A stretch of 64,000 bases of DNA. Source: the human T2T-CHM13v2.0 reference genome, Homo sapiens. The notes below the pieces were generated by a model. That model did no database searches. It worked only from the letters and a program-made list of their open reading frames with translations, and had not been told where the DNA came from. The translations under genes were made by a program, and so were the position numbers. Shown here in pieces: positions 25,855 to 40,300 of this stretch. The stretch's first letter is position 1. Each line of letters begins with the position of its first letter. The DNA lies in assembly GCF_009914755.1 (NCBI RefSeq), contig NC_060927.1; one strand, 5' to 3'.

Positions 25855-27240
25855 TTAGATGATTGATTGACTGACTGACTGACTGACTGACTGACTGACT
25901 GATGGTCACTGTGGGTTTCACTGTAGCTGGCTGGCTGTGATCTGGACTGACCAGGCCATGGACTGTGGGAGCTTGTGACTATGACTGGGCCAACTGCAAC
26001 TGGGCTGATGGATTCAGTGGATTGAACATGACTGGTGAGGAGACAGGTTGACAAGGAGACCAACTCATTGACCACATGCATGATGGACTGACTGGCCAGT
26101 TGATGACAATGGGTTTGGTGTATGGTTGACTGGTTGGTTGTTTAATTCAAACTGACTGGATAACTAGGCAGCTTACTATGACTGACTATTGTGACTGCCT
26201 GCCTGGCTGACTGAGGGAATAACTGAGTCAGTGTGACTGGCAGGCTGATTCAGACTGACTGGATGTCTGGATGACTATGATCTCCTAACTGATAGCCGTC
26301 AGTGATGATCTTGACTGACTGACTAGCCGGCTCTGGGATTGGCTGTCTCTTCCAGACTGACTTGGTAACCGTGGGTCTGACTGTGACCCCTGCGTCTTGA
26401 CTGACCGCCTTGATTGCATGCCTGACATTTTGAGATCAACTGACTGGCTGGTTGCCTGGTGTTTCATTGTGGCTGTGGCACAGCCTACGGCTACCTGTGA
26501 CTAACCATGAAACTGACTACACCCAACTCACAGGACAGACCGGGTGGACTGACCACCTGCCTTAGTCATGGAAAACTGACTCTGGCTGACTCAACTGCCA
26601 GAGACTGACTGAGATGAACAGGCCAGCCAAGAGACAGCTGGGTGACTCGTGGTGAGTGGCTTTGTCTGACTGGATGGCTGTGACAATGTAACTGAGTCTG
26701 GCTGTGAGACAATAACCTGTGGATTGACTGACTTGAATGTGTTGACTGGGTGGCTGAATCTGATTGGCTATGTGGGTGACTGATGACTCCTGGCTGACTG
26801 GCTAACCCTGCCTTGACTGACTGATTGATGGGCTGACAGATCGAGTTTGACCAGGCAGCAGGAGACCTGCTGACCACGGCTGTGACTCACTGTGTGAGCG
26901 GCCATGTCTGACTGTGTAACACAATCTGACCAAGAGACAATGACTAATTGACTGACCAACTGACTGAGATTGGCTGGGTGTCTGACTGACCAGCTGTGAC
27001 TGCAACTCCTGATGTGAGTGGGCGTTGACTGGGTGGCCCTGACTCGTATAGGCAAGTCTGGCTGTGAGACAACAGCTAACTCCCTGACTGGCCCAGTGTG
27101 CCAACTGGCTGACTGCTTGAGGCTGGCCAACAGACCAGCTGACCGTGCCTGGGACTCACGGTGTGCGTGGCCATGCCTCACTGTGTGGCCCTGGCTGTGT
27201 CTCGGAGTCTGACTGTGAGACAAGGGCAGACTGACTGACT
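25855..27240. repeat. ~1.4 kb degenerate (TGAC)n/(TGGC)n array
   Basis: Pure (TGAC)n at ~25867-25902, then dense CTGAC/TGACTG/TGGCTG words through ~27240. Confidence 0.85.
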
Positions 27241-29034
27241 TTCCTGGCCAACTGCCTCCAGGTAGCCTGTCAACACAGTCCCTACCCTTCCCAAAACCAT
27301 TAAAGTGCTGCAGTGGGAGCTGGCCCAGCCTGAGGGGACAGAGCAGCTTCTGTGGAGCAGCAGGGACAGGAAGAGGGAAGCAGGAGCCGCTGGAGGGAGA
27401 AGAGGAGTAGGCCCTGCCCAGGAATGGGCCACACGGAAAGTTCTCCACCTCACCCTGGCGGGGGCTGGGTCACAGGCACACGTTCTTGGAGCTGTGTTTT
27501 GGCTCTAGTCTTATAGCTCCTTTGTTTGGGGGTGAGGGGGGAGGGGAGCTGGGGGAACCTATAAACATATTGAGCCAATAACTCACCTACAGGACTCCAA
27601 TTATAGGGCTGGGGGAGAGAGGATAGCTGGGTGGGGGTGGGGCGGGCCCACGGGCAGCCATTTATGGGGCTTGGATTGGGGCCAAACGCTGCCCTAGAAA
27701 ATCCAGGTCTTGGAATGCAGGGCTGGAGAAGTCTTAGGAAGGAGCAATGTGTCTGTCAGTCACACCTCTGTTACCGCCACCATTTTATAGCTGGGGAAAC
27801 AGAGGCCCACAGCCCTCAAGAGCCCAGGGCATTTCCCACACCCGGCCCCCCCTGGGGCTGTCCCCCAGAGCCCGGGCAGGTGGTGAGCCTCAGCCCTCCC
27901 TTACTCTCCCGCAAGATGCTGGGCAGCAGAATTTGGGGGGCAGGGTCGATGACCTTGGGCAAGTTACTCCATCTCTCTGAGCCTCAGTTGCTTCATCAGT
28001 TAAACAGCTGTTTCTGATAGAAGCCACTTGGCAGAACTCGGATTGGGTGCCCAGATGCCTCTGCCACCACCTGTGTGGTCTCCAGCAGGGAGCTTTGCAT
28101 TTTGCGCCTCGGTGTCCCCATTCACAAATGGGAACGGGCTCAAGAAAGGCACTTACTTCATAAGCTTGTCATGAGGAGGAAAAACACAATCCACATGAAG
28201 ACTTCAGCTCGGTGCCTGGCACCTAGTAAACAACCCAGAAATGTGAACCTGCACAATGATTAATCCTCATCTCTTGGGAGGCATTAGGATTAATCAAGAT
28301 CTTTGACGCGCATGTACTTGGGAAGCCATGACGTTCAGCCCCAAAGTGTTGGGAGGCACAGGGGCACAGCCTGGTAATGGTGCCACCGATGAGCCCAGCT
28401 GGGCCCTCCGCAGCCACCCTGAAATGCCACCTGCTTCCCCAAAGGATCTTACAGACCCTCTGGGAGGCACCAGCTGCTCCTGATACCACAGCCACTGGGG
28501 CCTGGTCCCCAGGGACAGGGAGGTGAAAACAGGAGGAAATTTTCTGGGGTTCCCCCAGGTAAGAGCCAAGGGCCCAGGTGTCACACATAGGCCTTGGTGG
28601 GGACAGGAGCCTCTTCCAGGAACGCCCAGAGTCTCAGGCCCTCCAGAAGCTGAAGAAAAAGCCAGACTCTTCTCTGAAGCTGAGAAGAGTAAGGGCAGCC
28701 AGAAAGGCAGAATTTCCCCAGGAGGCTGAGAACCTGGGTGTGGGCCCAGGAAAATCCCTCCCACGGTAACACTGCTGTCCTGTTCTCAGAGGGCTGCTGG
28801 GGAGGTGAGCTCATTTGACCTTCACAGCCACTTATAACTGTAAATTACAACACGCCAGGTAATAAAGCATCCCCAAGGTCATAGCCAAGGAACTTCAGGG
28901 CCACCTCCTGATGCATTCCTTCCTCATTCATTCCTTCAGCAAGTTTTTATGAGCATTTCTTCTGTTGAACCAGGCAGAAACAACAGTGATGAGGGCCCGG
29001 TCTCTGGCTCTAGAGGTGTGTAGTCGGGAGGACA

Positions 29035-29245
29035 GCACAGCAGAGGCTTAAGACCTCAGATTCAGGAGCCAGGCAGACCCACTCTTGAATCCCAGCTCAC
29101 ATGTTTACTAGATCTGCAACCATGGGCCAGTGGCTTTTCTCCTCCGAGCCTCAATTTTCCTATCTGTAAAATGGGAATAGTTATGGCACCAATCTTACTG
29201 GGTCATGGTGAGGATTTAACAAAATATTCAATAAATGCTTAGAAA
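29035..29245 (+). mobile_element. MIR SINE
   Basis: GAATCCCAGCTC...GAGCCTCAATTTTCCTATCTGTAAAATGGGAAT. Confidence 0.75.
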
Positions 29246-29929
29246 ATATGTTCCAGGGAGCTGTGAGTGTGTCCCTTCTGCCCCATAATTCCTTCCTCAT
29301 CTGTAAAGTGGGCATACGGCCCTACCCTACGGGGTCACTGTGAAGAATGAATGAGCACTTAGCACTGTTGCTACCACCTCACACAGCTCTAGTGGGTGCT
29401 GTTCACACCAGGGTTGATCAGTCATGGCCTGTGCAGCTCTTCACAGTGGCCCTGTCTGGCAAACAGTAAGGGCCCCATAAACGGTGAGCTATTTGTCTTA
29501 CTCTTAGAGGGGAATGCAAAGTAGAAAACAAGTATTTAAATGCTAAGAGTGTGCAAGGGCTCAGTTAGGGTATAAATCCAGAAGCAGGAGCTCCACTTAC
29601 TTGGTTAGGGTGATGAGGAAGGGAAAGAAAGGGTCAGAGCCATCTGGGGCTTAGCCAAAGGATGGATGGGGCCAGATGGGGGAGCTCCTGGCAGAAGGGA
29701 GGGCCTGTGCAGAGGCCTGGAGGCAGGAGAGAGTGGAGCCTCCAGGGGTACCTCGGACCTGCCAGAGGGGCTGGAGCTGGACTCCCAGGGGTAGCCTGGT
29801 TCTCAGGCCATCTCCAAGCCAGCTCTCCCTCCTCAGGCAGAGCTGCCAGGCTTCCTGTCCCCTAATTCTACAGGGCCTCAGTCAGGGACTCTCACGGTCC
29901 TGTTTCACAAAAGAAGAAAGGCATTCTTG

Positions 29930-30298
29930 GACTAGTTTCCTATTGCTGCTGGAACAAGTTGCCACAAACTCGATGGCTTAAAACAGATTGATTCTCTTAG
30001 AGTTATGGAGGTCTGAAGTCTAGCATCAGCGTGACAGCAGGTCTGCATTCCGAAGGTCTTCCTTCTGAAGGCCTCAGGGGAGAAACCATCCCCTTTGTCT
30101 CTTCCAACTTCTGGAGGCTGCCTGTGTTCCCAGGCTCATGGTCCCTTCCTCGGATCCCTCCAACCTCTTGCTTCCCTTGTCACATTGCCTTCTGTCCCTC
30201 CAGTCTCCTGCCTCCTTCTTAGAAGGACCTTCGTGATCCCCCCTGGACGATCGTCTCTTCTCAAGATCCTGAGCTTAATCACATCTGCAAAGTGCCCC
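29930..30298 (-). mobile_element. MLT1C/D-like LTR
   Basis: TAGTTTCCTATTGCTGCT...CTCAAGATCC...TTAATCACATCTGCAAAG. Confidence 0.7.
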
Positions 30299-30299
30299 C

Positions 30300-30620
30300 T
30301 GCCTCAGGGCCTTTGTGTGTGCTGTTCCCTCCACCCGAAATGCTTTTCCCCGAGACATACACATGGCTCATTTCTTCGCCTCCGTCAGGGAGCTGCTCAT
30401 ATGAAACCCCTCGCCCCATGCTTGACTTTTCTCCATCCACTCATCACGAACTGGTGTATTAGAAATTGATGTTTTTATTTATTTTCTGTCTCCCCACAGG
30501 TATATTATAAACTGCAGAAAGACTGGGACTTTATCTATCTTGTTGACTACAGCCTCCTCAGCACCTAAATCAGTATCTAGTATCTAGCAAGAACTCAAAA
30601 TAAATAATGAGTGAACAAAT
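30300..30620 (+). mobile_element. L2 3' end
   Basis: GCCTCAGGGCCTTTGTGTGTGCTGTTCCCTC...GGGACTTTATCTATCTTGTTGACT. Confidence 0.65.
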
Positions 30621-31064
30621 GGGGCTACTGAAACTCAGAGAGGGGATGTGACTTGTCCAAGGTCACAAATTATAAAGTGGCAAAACCAGGGATTTGAACC
30701 CAGGTAGGCCTGACTCCAAAGCCTTAATGGTTTGGCTCAATGACGCCTGTCAGCCTCTTAAAATTTACTTATGTGGGTACCAGGCCTTCAGGCCCTTCCC
30801 TCTGCCTTCTCCTGGTGGAGGATGTGGGCTCCTCTGTGACTCACACTAAGAAATAACACTGAGAGAAATCGTAATAGTTTCTCTTGGCCCAGAGCATTAG
30901 ATTTTACAAGAGACTGAGGGCACTGCGAGAGCAGAGAGCCCACCTGTTTCACTTGGCATTGTCTAATCAGTACTAGACACATAGTTGGCACATAGTTGGT
31001 GCTCATGAAATCTTTGTTAATAAATGATGAATGACTCTCACTTGATTGCACAGAGAAGATCTGC

Positions 31065-31205
31065 TCTATATGTATCTATTCACCTATTCATCTATCATAT
31101 GTCTAGCCATCCATCCATCCATCTTCTATCTCTCTGTCTGTCTATCCATTCTTCTGCCCATCCATCCATCCATCCACCCACCCATCTATCTATCTTATCT
31201 GTCTG
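31065..31205. repeat. (CCAT)/(TCTA) degenerate tetranucleotide repeat
   Basis: Directly visible. Confidence 0.85.
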
Positions 31206-32436
31206 TTTCTATTTTGTAGCAGTTCCTAGACTCACAACGTTTACCCAACCGTGGGATATTCAACTGGAAGAACACAGAATTCTGAACAAGGTTCCCCTTC
31301 TTCCCAAACTGTACCATGGAGGTCTTTGCTCTGGGAGAGCAGGCTTAGGAGACAGTGAACTTTAGGAACCCCCATTTTTCTACTCGAAAGTCCTAGCCTC
31401 ATTCCCTGCTTCTGTGCCCATCCCTCTTGCCTCTGTCCCTCTTGGTTTTGTGATCGGTCCCACCCAGAAATGCCTTAGGACTAGGCCTCTCCCACCTCCC
31501 CTGATGCACCTGGTCTCAGAGGTCAGGGAACATAACAGTGACCCTGAGGACACAGAGGTGAGGAAAAGGCCCCAGGTTACCCTTCCTGCCTTTCAGCCTG
31601 AGCTGTGCCCTCTAAATCAGCCAGAACATGTAGACAAATGTGGTCTCTTAGACTCCCCCATACACCTACCCACATTTTCCCCACCCACGTCTCTCTTCTG
31701 TACCTACCTCTTCCTTCCCCAGGTGAGATTTTTGAGAAAAACTGAACCTTATCCTTCTCTATAGTTTCCTTCCTACCAAGTTACTGGAAAGAGAAGTCTT
31801 GAAACCCCCCCGTGTTGGGAGAGGAAAAAAAGCAAGAAGAAGGTGTAAACAAAGATTAATTAAACCTCATATGCAACCCAGAGGAACAGCCTAGGGCAGC
31901 TGCTGCAGCTGGAAAGATATTCCCCAAAGGGGGACAGGATGACAGGAGGGCCACTTGGGCTGGCAGACAGGATGTGGCAGACGCTACATTGAAGAATAAA
32001 GTTTCAGGACAAATCTTGCCTTTGAGCAAGATTTGAGGAAGATATGTTGGCACACCCAAGGAGGAAGCTCTAATTCATGTCACTGTAGGATTCATTCAAC
32101 TCCATACACAGACATTCCAACCCACCACTGAAGTACTACAATGACCAGCATTGGTGAACTATACTCACTCCAAGTCTTTGCTTTATAATTGTGATGATCA
32201 TCCCAGCTGGATGTAATAATAATTAGTGCAGCCACTAGTGTTGTTATGGCCACTGAGAGTCGACCACCTACTACGGGCCAGGGCTCCGCGCTCAGAACTT
32301 TATTTCTATTAACACTCAGAAATTTCACAACATCTCTATGAGGTAAGATGTGCCTGTTCTACAGATGAGAAAACTGAGGCACAGAGTTAAGTCACTTGCC
32401 CTGGACCACAAGACTCTTCTCATTTCCACTTTACAA

Positions 32437-32970
<534 letters not shown>

Positions 32971-32974
32971 AGAA

Positions 32975-33445
32975 TTTATTCTCTGCCGGTCCCCAAAGGG
33001 ATCTTTAAAAATGCTGACTCAAGTCATGGCACAACGTGTTTAAAATCTTTTGAATAAAATCCAAATTCCTTCCCACAGCCCAGGAGGCCAGTAGGATTCA
33101 GTACCTCTCCCACTCTCACCCCCACTGAGTACATTCCAGCACTGGACATTTTTCCATTTATGAGCTGGGCTCTTTCTAACCTCAGGGCCTTTGTGCATGC
33201 TGCTCCCTCTGTCTGGAATGCTTTTCCTCCAGCTCTAGGTCTCAGCTCAAATACCACTTCCTCTGAGAGGCTTTGCCTGACACTCTCCATCCCCACACCC
33301 AGTCTATTTCCTTTCTAGCAGTGATCACAGTTTTTGTCATTGTTTTATCTGTCTAATCTCTCTGGGCTGCAAGCTCCTGGCGCTGTGTTCCTGCTGCTCT
33401 ATCACATAGTAGGTGATCTATGAATATCTGCCAAGTGAATGCAGC
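32975..33445 (+). mobile_element. L2 3' portion
   Basis: CCTCAGGGCCTTTGTGCATGCTGCTCCCTCTGTCTGGAATGC...CACATAGTAGGTG. Confidence 0.7.
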
Positions 33446-33867
33446 ACTGGCATCCAGGCTATGGGACTCCCAAGTCACATGCCTGATGCAGACCCTCCTC
33501 TCCTCTCTTTCTTCCCCGCACTGCATTCAGAAAGCAATATTCATCAAAGTCTACGGAGGAACTAGATAACTCCAAAGAGGTGGATAAGCAGGCCTCCGCC
33601 CTCAACAAATTCCCTGAGGACCAAATCCTCCCAGTTCAGCCCCTTTCCTCCTTCTTCAGAAATGGATGACCAGAGCAAACAGGCCCCCACAATGGCTGCC
33701 TGGGAGCAAGCCGCTTCCCCAGAAAGACTCTTGCTGCTCCACACCCGGGCCCCGTCAAAGATGCCCCCAGTCCTCATCCCCCAAGGGGCCTCAGGACATA
33801 GCGAGGCTTCCCTGGAGAGGGCAGCACTGCAGAACAGGGATTGGTGCCGAATAGGGACCAGATCCAG

Positions 33868-34330
33868 GTATAGTGGGTTGAACGGTGGCCACCAAAAAGA
33901 CATGTGTAAGTCCTAACCCCTGAAGCCTGTGAATGTGACCTGATTACATTTGAAAAAAGGTATTTGCAGATGTAATTAAATTAAGGATCTCAAGATGAGA
34001 TCATCTTAGATTACCTGTGTGGGTCTTAAATCCAATGACAAGCATCCTTTTAAGAAAGGGAAGAGGTGAAGATACCAACACAGAGGAGAAGGCCATGTGA
34101 AAACAGAGGCAGATATATTGGAGTGATGGGGCCACAGCCATGGAAAGCCTGGAGCCAGAATCTGGAAGAGGCTGGGAAGCATTCTCCCCCAGCGCCTTCG
34201 AAGGGAGCGTGGCCCTGCTGACAACTTGGTCAGACTTCCGGCCTCCAGAACTGTAAAAGAATACTTTTCTGTTGTTGTAAGCCACCAGTTTGTAGTTAAT
34301 TTGTTATGACAGCTACAGGAAACAAATACA
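33868..34330 (+). mobile_element. MLT1C/D LTR
   Basis: TTTGCAGATGTAATTAAATTAAGGATCTCAAGATGAGATCATC...GGAAACAAATACA. Confidence 0.8.
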
Positions 34331-34562
34331 CAGGGGAAGAGCGAACTCACCTCTTGCTTCAGCCCATGAAGAGCATGCTTCTGAGAACCACAGAATTTTC
34401 TGCTGGAAGGAACAGCAGAGCTGAGTCACCCGACATTGCCTAAATCCCAGCATCCCGGCCCCACCTGACTGCTGTTTCTACTTCCACTCACCACCCTGCT
34501 GCTCTTCCCTTAGCATTTGCCTTCTAACTGACTTAACTTTTTCTTACTCAAATGTATTTACA

Positions 34563-34864
<302 letters not shown>

Positions 34865-35004
34865 GCCATATAAAATATTTACAAATAGAACTTTATGTCA
34901 CTTATCAGAGGGAGAAGCAGCACCGCATGCATTCATTCACTCCATCCTCTTATTCTGTCAACGAAACATTTATGAAGCACTGACTGTGAATGGGGCAGTA
35001 TTTA

Positions 35005-35475
<471 letters not shown>

Positions 35476-36024
35476 CTAGGGCCCCCGGTCTCCTGCCACT
35501 AAGGGCCTGCAGTTCTGTGAAGGGGAAAAGCTCCTCCGCCAGGGGCAGGGCGGGGCCGGTCTGCAGGGCGAGCACAGCCGCATTCCAAGGTACAGAGCTG
35601 CTGGGCCCAGAGGTGGCCTGGAGAGAAGGCGAGAGCTGGCGAGAGGGACGTTCTGGGAGAGAAGGCGCAGCCTGCCAGAGCTCGGAGCCCGTGCCAACCC
35701 CGGCCTCCTGTGAGCAACAGGAAGGGGAGGTCGCGTGACTTGTGGGATCTGTGGGCAAAGAAACTGTGAGGCTGGACTTTCGCCCAGGGCAGACAGGAAG
35801 CCTGCTTCTGAATCCTCGAGTTAGCATACGCATCAGCCATTCACCAGACCCAGACAACCCGTTTTATATGGTTTACCCTCACAACCACCTCAAAGGCAGC
35901 ATGACTATTCCCATTTGACAGATGCGGAGATCAAGACTCCTCAAGGGCACACAGCTCTAAGTGGCAGGGCCAGGATTTGAACCCAAGTCTGATCTCAACC
36001 ATCTTACTTACCTTTGCCTCTATT

Positions 36025-36570
36025 TCTGAATTAGTAAGGTGTTGTTTGGTTGCAAGGGACAAATATCCAATTCAAACTGGCTTATCCCCAACCCCTACCC
36101 CAAAAAGAAATTTGTTGTAGTTTAGGGCTTTCAGGCACAGCTGGATCCAGATGCTCAATGTTCTCTCAATGTTGCCTCATCCTTTGGCCCTGTTTGCCTC
36201 TGTGTGAGCTTCACTTTATGGTATGAGAGGTACCAAATATGGCTACCAGAGGCTCCCAGCTTATATACTAGAAGCTTCACAGACTCACCAGAAATGTGAA
36301 TCCCTGTTCTAATAGCCCTAGTATAAGTCACTGGCCCAGTTTGGGTGAGATGACCAGCCCAGAGACAGTCATATGGACAAGGATTTGCAGCAGTATTTCC
36401 ATTGGCCAGGAATGGATCAGGTGTCCACCCCTGACGTTGGCAGGCCAGGGCAGTAACCTCTCACCCTCAAATCACAGGGACCGAGAATGAGGAGAGGTGA
36501 TTCTCTAAGAGGAGATTGGGAATTACCAGCTGAATGGAGGCTTCACAAGCAGAACTGGTGGACATCCCCT
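36025..36570 (-). mobile_element. Old MLT1 (J/K/L-like) LTR
   Basis: TTTGGTTGCAAGGGACAAATATCCAATTCAAACTGGCTTA...TTCAGGCACAGCTGGATCCAG. Confidence 0.55.
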
Positions 36571-36699
36571 ACAGCCTCTCTGTGTTTCTCCCTTTAGTCT
36601 TTAGTAAAGTTTTTTTCTTTTTTTCTTTTTTTTGTTTTGTTTTGTTTTGGGAAAATTTCCAACCTCATTCTCATGGAAAGAAGAGGCAAAAGTTTTTAA

Positions 36700-37100
36700 G
36701 GCAAGGTGGTCTTGCAGTAAGCTGCCATTGTGTGGAGATGGGACTGCAGAGGAAGTGGGTTGTGCATCTGCTTTGTACAGTGATGGAATGCTTGGCTTCT
36801 TTTGGCCAACAGAATGTAAGTGAATGTGAGGTGAGCAGAGGTTTTAAATGTGCTTGCTGGTTTGGCTGGGTCTTTTGTACTTCTGCCATTCCCCATAAGA
36901 CATCCTCTGTGAAACCTCTGATTCCAGAATGAAGCACATGGAACATTCCTGATCCTAACCCAAAGCCTAGAGCAGATCTACCCCCAGATGACCCACAGAC
37001 CCAAGAGCAAGACAAAGAAAGAGTGTTGGTTGTGAGCCCCTGAGATTTTGTGGGGGTGCTTGTCATGCAGCATATCACAGTGCAAAATCTGACTAACACA
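36700..37100 (+). mobile_element. MLT1 (H/I-like) LTR
   Basis: TTTGGCCAACAGAATGTAAGTG...CTGAGATTTTG...CTGACTAACACA. Confidence 0.6.
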
Positions 37101-39129
37101 CTTTGAAAGTCTAGGGGTTCTTCCATTGAGGGAGGCCACTACTCTTGGAAGTAAACAGTCTGTCAGGAAGTGGGTCCTCTGAGCCGTGGCCACTCTATAT
37201 TCTTCCCAAGATGCCCTAGGAACACAGAAGGGCTCAACCACCATATTTCAACCCCCACCCAGCAGAGTCTCCAGAAGGAATTTCAGCATCTTTTCTGGAG
37301 CAATCTGCCCTACCCTGCATCCTGAGTCTCCCGGGATCTTTACCAGCTGCGTGGCCATAAGCAAGTTAATTGCCCTCTTTCAGCCTTAGTTTCTTCACCT
37401 GTAAAAGGGAATGATACTAATCCTTAGCTTTTGGAGGAACTAATGGACAGAATGCATGTAAAACACACATTTATAGCACCTGGCACATGATAAATAGTTC
37501 AAAAAATGTTAGGTTTATAATTATTTGTTTTTGAAATTGCTGGAAGAGCAAAAATGCATTTGACTGTTCAGTCTGCTCCTCTAAGCCTTGGGAACACCAT
37601 GCAATTGGTGTGTCTGTTCTCCGGAGCAGACAAACCCCCGGGTGCCTAAACTCAGAAGAGGCATTTGGGCCACTGAAGAAGCAAATTTTGATTGGTTTTG
37701 TTTTGGTTTGTTGGGGTTTTTTTCTCCCTCAATTTTTGGCTTCTGTTTTAGTTACTTGAAATCACACAGCCGATTTATTTATTTTGATTGCTCTTCACAC
37801 AAGTAAAAATAAAACAAAGAAGTGCGAACAGTGACAGCCTTTGCTACAACTTTACTCAGGACAAAGAACCGTGGCTAGAAGAAAAGTCACAATTCCATTA
37901 AGTGGGAAAACACTGAACTCTCACGCTTCGTTTCCATCGGAAATTTACTATGAGGTGGGATTTTCATGCCAATTGACAAACCAGCGCCCAGTTCAGACTC
38001 CTTCAGGCTCTGCCTTCCTCAGCCTCCTGTCCCCTACTGTGCAGTGTGGAACTTGGAACGAAAATAGTGATCATTCTTAAATTATTATAATAGAAGAACA
38101 GCCACGTATTGGGCGCTGACCAGGTACCAAGCACCATGCTCAGTGCTTGATGTGCTAAGTGCTTCATTTAGTTCTCACCACATTGCTGGGAGGCTGCTAT
38201 GCGTTCTCTCTCAGCCGAGGAAACTGCCACTCAGAGAATGTAAATAATGTGTCCACAGCTAGATGTGGGGAAGATCTGGGACTTGAACCCAGCTCTACTT
38301 CCAAAGCTTGTGCCCGAAACCCTATTTTGGGCCACAGTGCATGGTCCATTGTCCCGAGGACTCTGAGGTCCTGAGTCCTCAGAGGAGGCTGGGTAAGTGA
38401 CAATCATGTGCGGAACCCCAGAAGGCAGCTCAGCTCCAGGGCCTGCCTTCTTCTATTTATGCATGATCTGTCCCAGCCTGTGAATTGGCCCCGTGGCTCC
38501 CCGCATGTCCTGGAAGAGGTGGATCACAAAGCTGCAGCTCCTTCAGGCCCCTCTCTGGCCACATCCAGGAAAGAAAGGAAGAACCTTCTGCCCTCACAGC
38601 AAACTGCCCAGTTCCAGCCTTGGAGGCAGGCAGCCTTCTCCACTGCCAAGGGCACTGAGTTAGGAGTGGCACAGCCACGTCTGACCTCTTCCCGGCCGTG
38701 TGGCCTAATCTCCCTGAGCCCCAGTTTCCCCATGTATAAAGCAGTGGCATAAACTTGTCTCAGTGGTTTCCAGACATTGTCAGTCAAGGAAAGCACTGAT
38801 GAAAGCGCTCGCAGGTCTCTGTGTGTGCAAAACCAATGAAAGAGCAGCTGTTCCAGACAAAAGAGGCCTGGGTCTTGGCGCCCCTCAGTCTCCGTAGGGA
38901 GCAGTCACGATACTCCTGACCTAGCCCATCCCGGAGGCCCCACCCAGCTCTGACTTTCTGTGAATCTTGGATCTTGACACACGTCCCACCAGAAAGGTTT
39001 TTCTTCCCAAATGTGCTCATCAAAACTCTTGGGGTGCAAGAGACAAAAACTCAATTCGAACCAAGTTAAGCAAAAAGAGAAAGGTATGGGCAAGGTCCCT
39101 AAAATTCCATCTTGTCTTTTCTCAAAATT

Positions 39130-40300
39130 GAGCTGATCTTTGTAACGAGGAAAGCAGACGCTGTCACTCCCTGGCTTAAGGCCTTTCTTACATGGCTTTC
39201 CTTCTTAAATGGACCTGGGGAAAGGTGTGAATGCCTTACTTTAGCCTGTAAGTACGCGCACATTCTGGTCCCTGATTCTCACACCAACCCCATTTTGAGC
39301 CGTTCCTGCCTCTGGGCCTTTGCACATGCTATGCCCCCTACCTGAGATGACTGTCCCCTATCTCTTCCATATCCAGCTCTTTCTCACCATTCACGCTTCC
39401 GCTCAAATGGCAGCCCTTCACAGTAGCCTTTCTTGTCCACCCCAACTTAATTAGCCCACCCTTTTTACCCCCAATCACTCCTTAGCCCCTCACCTGGCGT
39501 TATTTTCTTATCATACTCTGTAATAGTCTTATCTATTTGCTTACTTATTTACTGTCTGTCTCCTCGTTAGAATGTCCATCGCATAAGGCAGTTTGCATTG
39601 CTTCCTGCAGTATTCCTGACATCTAACACCACTCTTGCCCATGTCCAAGTGCCCCATAAATGATTGTCGAATGAAGGAGTAGATGATTGACAGTGACGCT
39701 CCATGTTTTATCAAGTTCAGACTCCTCAGATTCAACATGTACCTATAAACTGGATCCTCTTGCTTCTCTCAGTGAGAAGCCACACCGCCCAGCCACATCT
39801 GTAAGCCTGTCCATCCCTGGCACCTCCCTCCCATCTGCACGTCCTGCCAATCTACCCCTAATTTCTCAAAGCCATCCACCCCTCTCCATCTTCTCCACTC
39901 CCTTCGAGACCAAGCTCCCATCTCTCTCTTGGGGCACCTGCAGCAGCCTCCCTGAGATCTCCAGAATCCCTTCTTGCCCACTTCCAACCTGATTGCCCCA
40001 GTGCTACCCTGAGAGTGTCACCCTTTGCTGATAAGTTATCAGTTTGACCATCTGATACATTCCAAAGAAGCTCAGATGCCTTCCCACGGGCTGCAGGCTC
40101 CATATGGCCTGGCCTCCCGCTGCCCCTTGCAGCTCAGAGCACTTATCACAGTTGGTTCATACATTTACACTGTGAACACTGGATCGAGTCTCTCCCCTAC
40201 CTCACTATACACTCCATCGGGGGAGTGACCTTGTCTGGCTTTGCTGCATTCCTGGCATTTGGTGGATGTTTGCTTGATAAATATGGGTAAATGAATAAAT
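39130..40300 (+). mobile_element. L2 fragments (two 3' ends)
   Basis: GGGCCTTTGCACATGCTATGCCC; tails GAATGAAGG (~39670) and AATGAATAAATAAATAAATG (~40290). Confidence 0.6.

Noticed and set aside
26768-27448. 226-aa minus-strand Ser/Gln-rich ORF
   Set aside because: Reverse complement of the TGAC array is stop-poor; no recognisable domain
28523-28769. Purine-rich exon-like segment as a possible pseudogene exon
   Set aside because: No recognisable homology in any frame; kept only as a motif cluster
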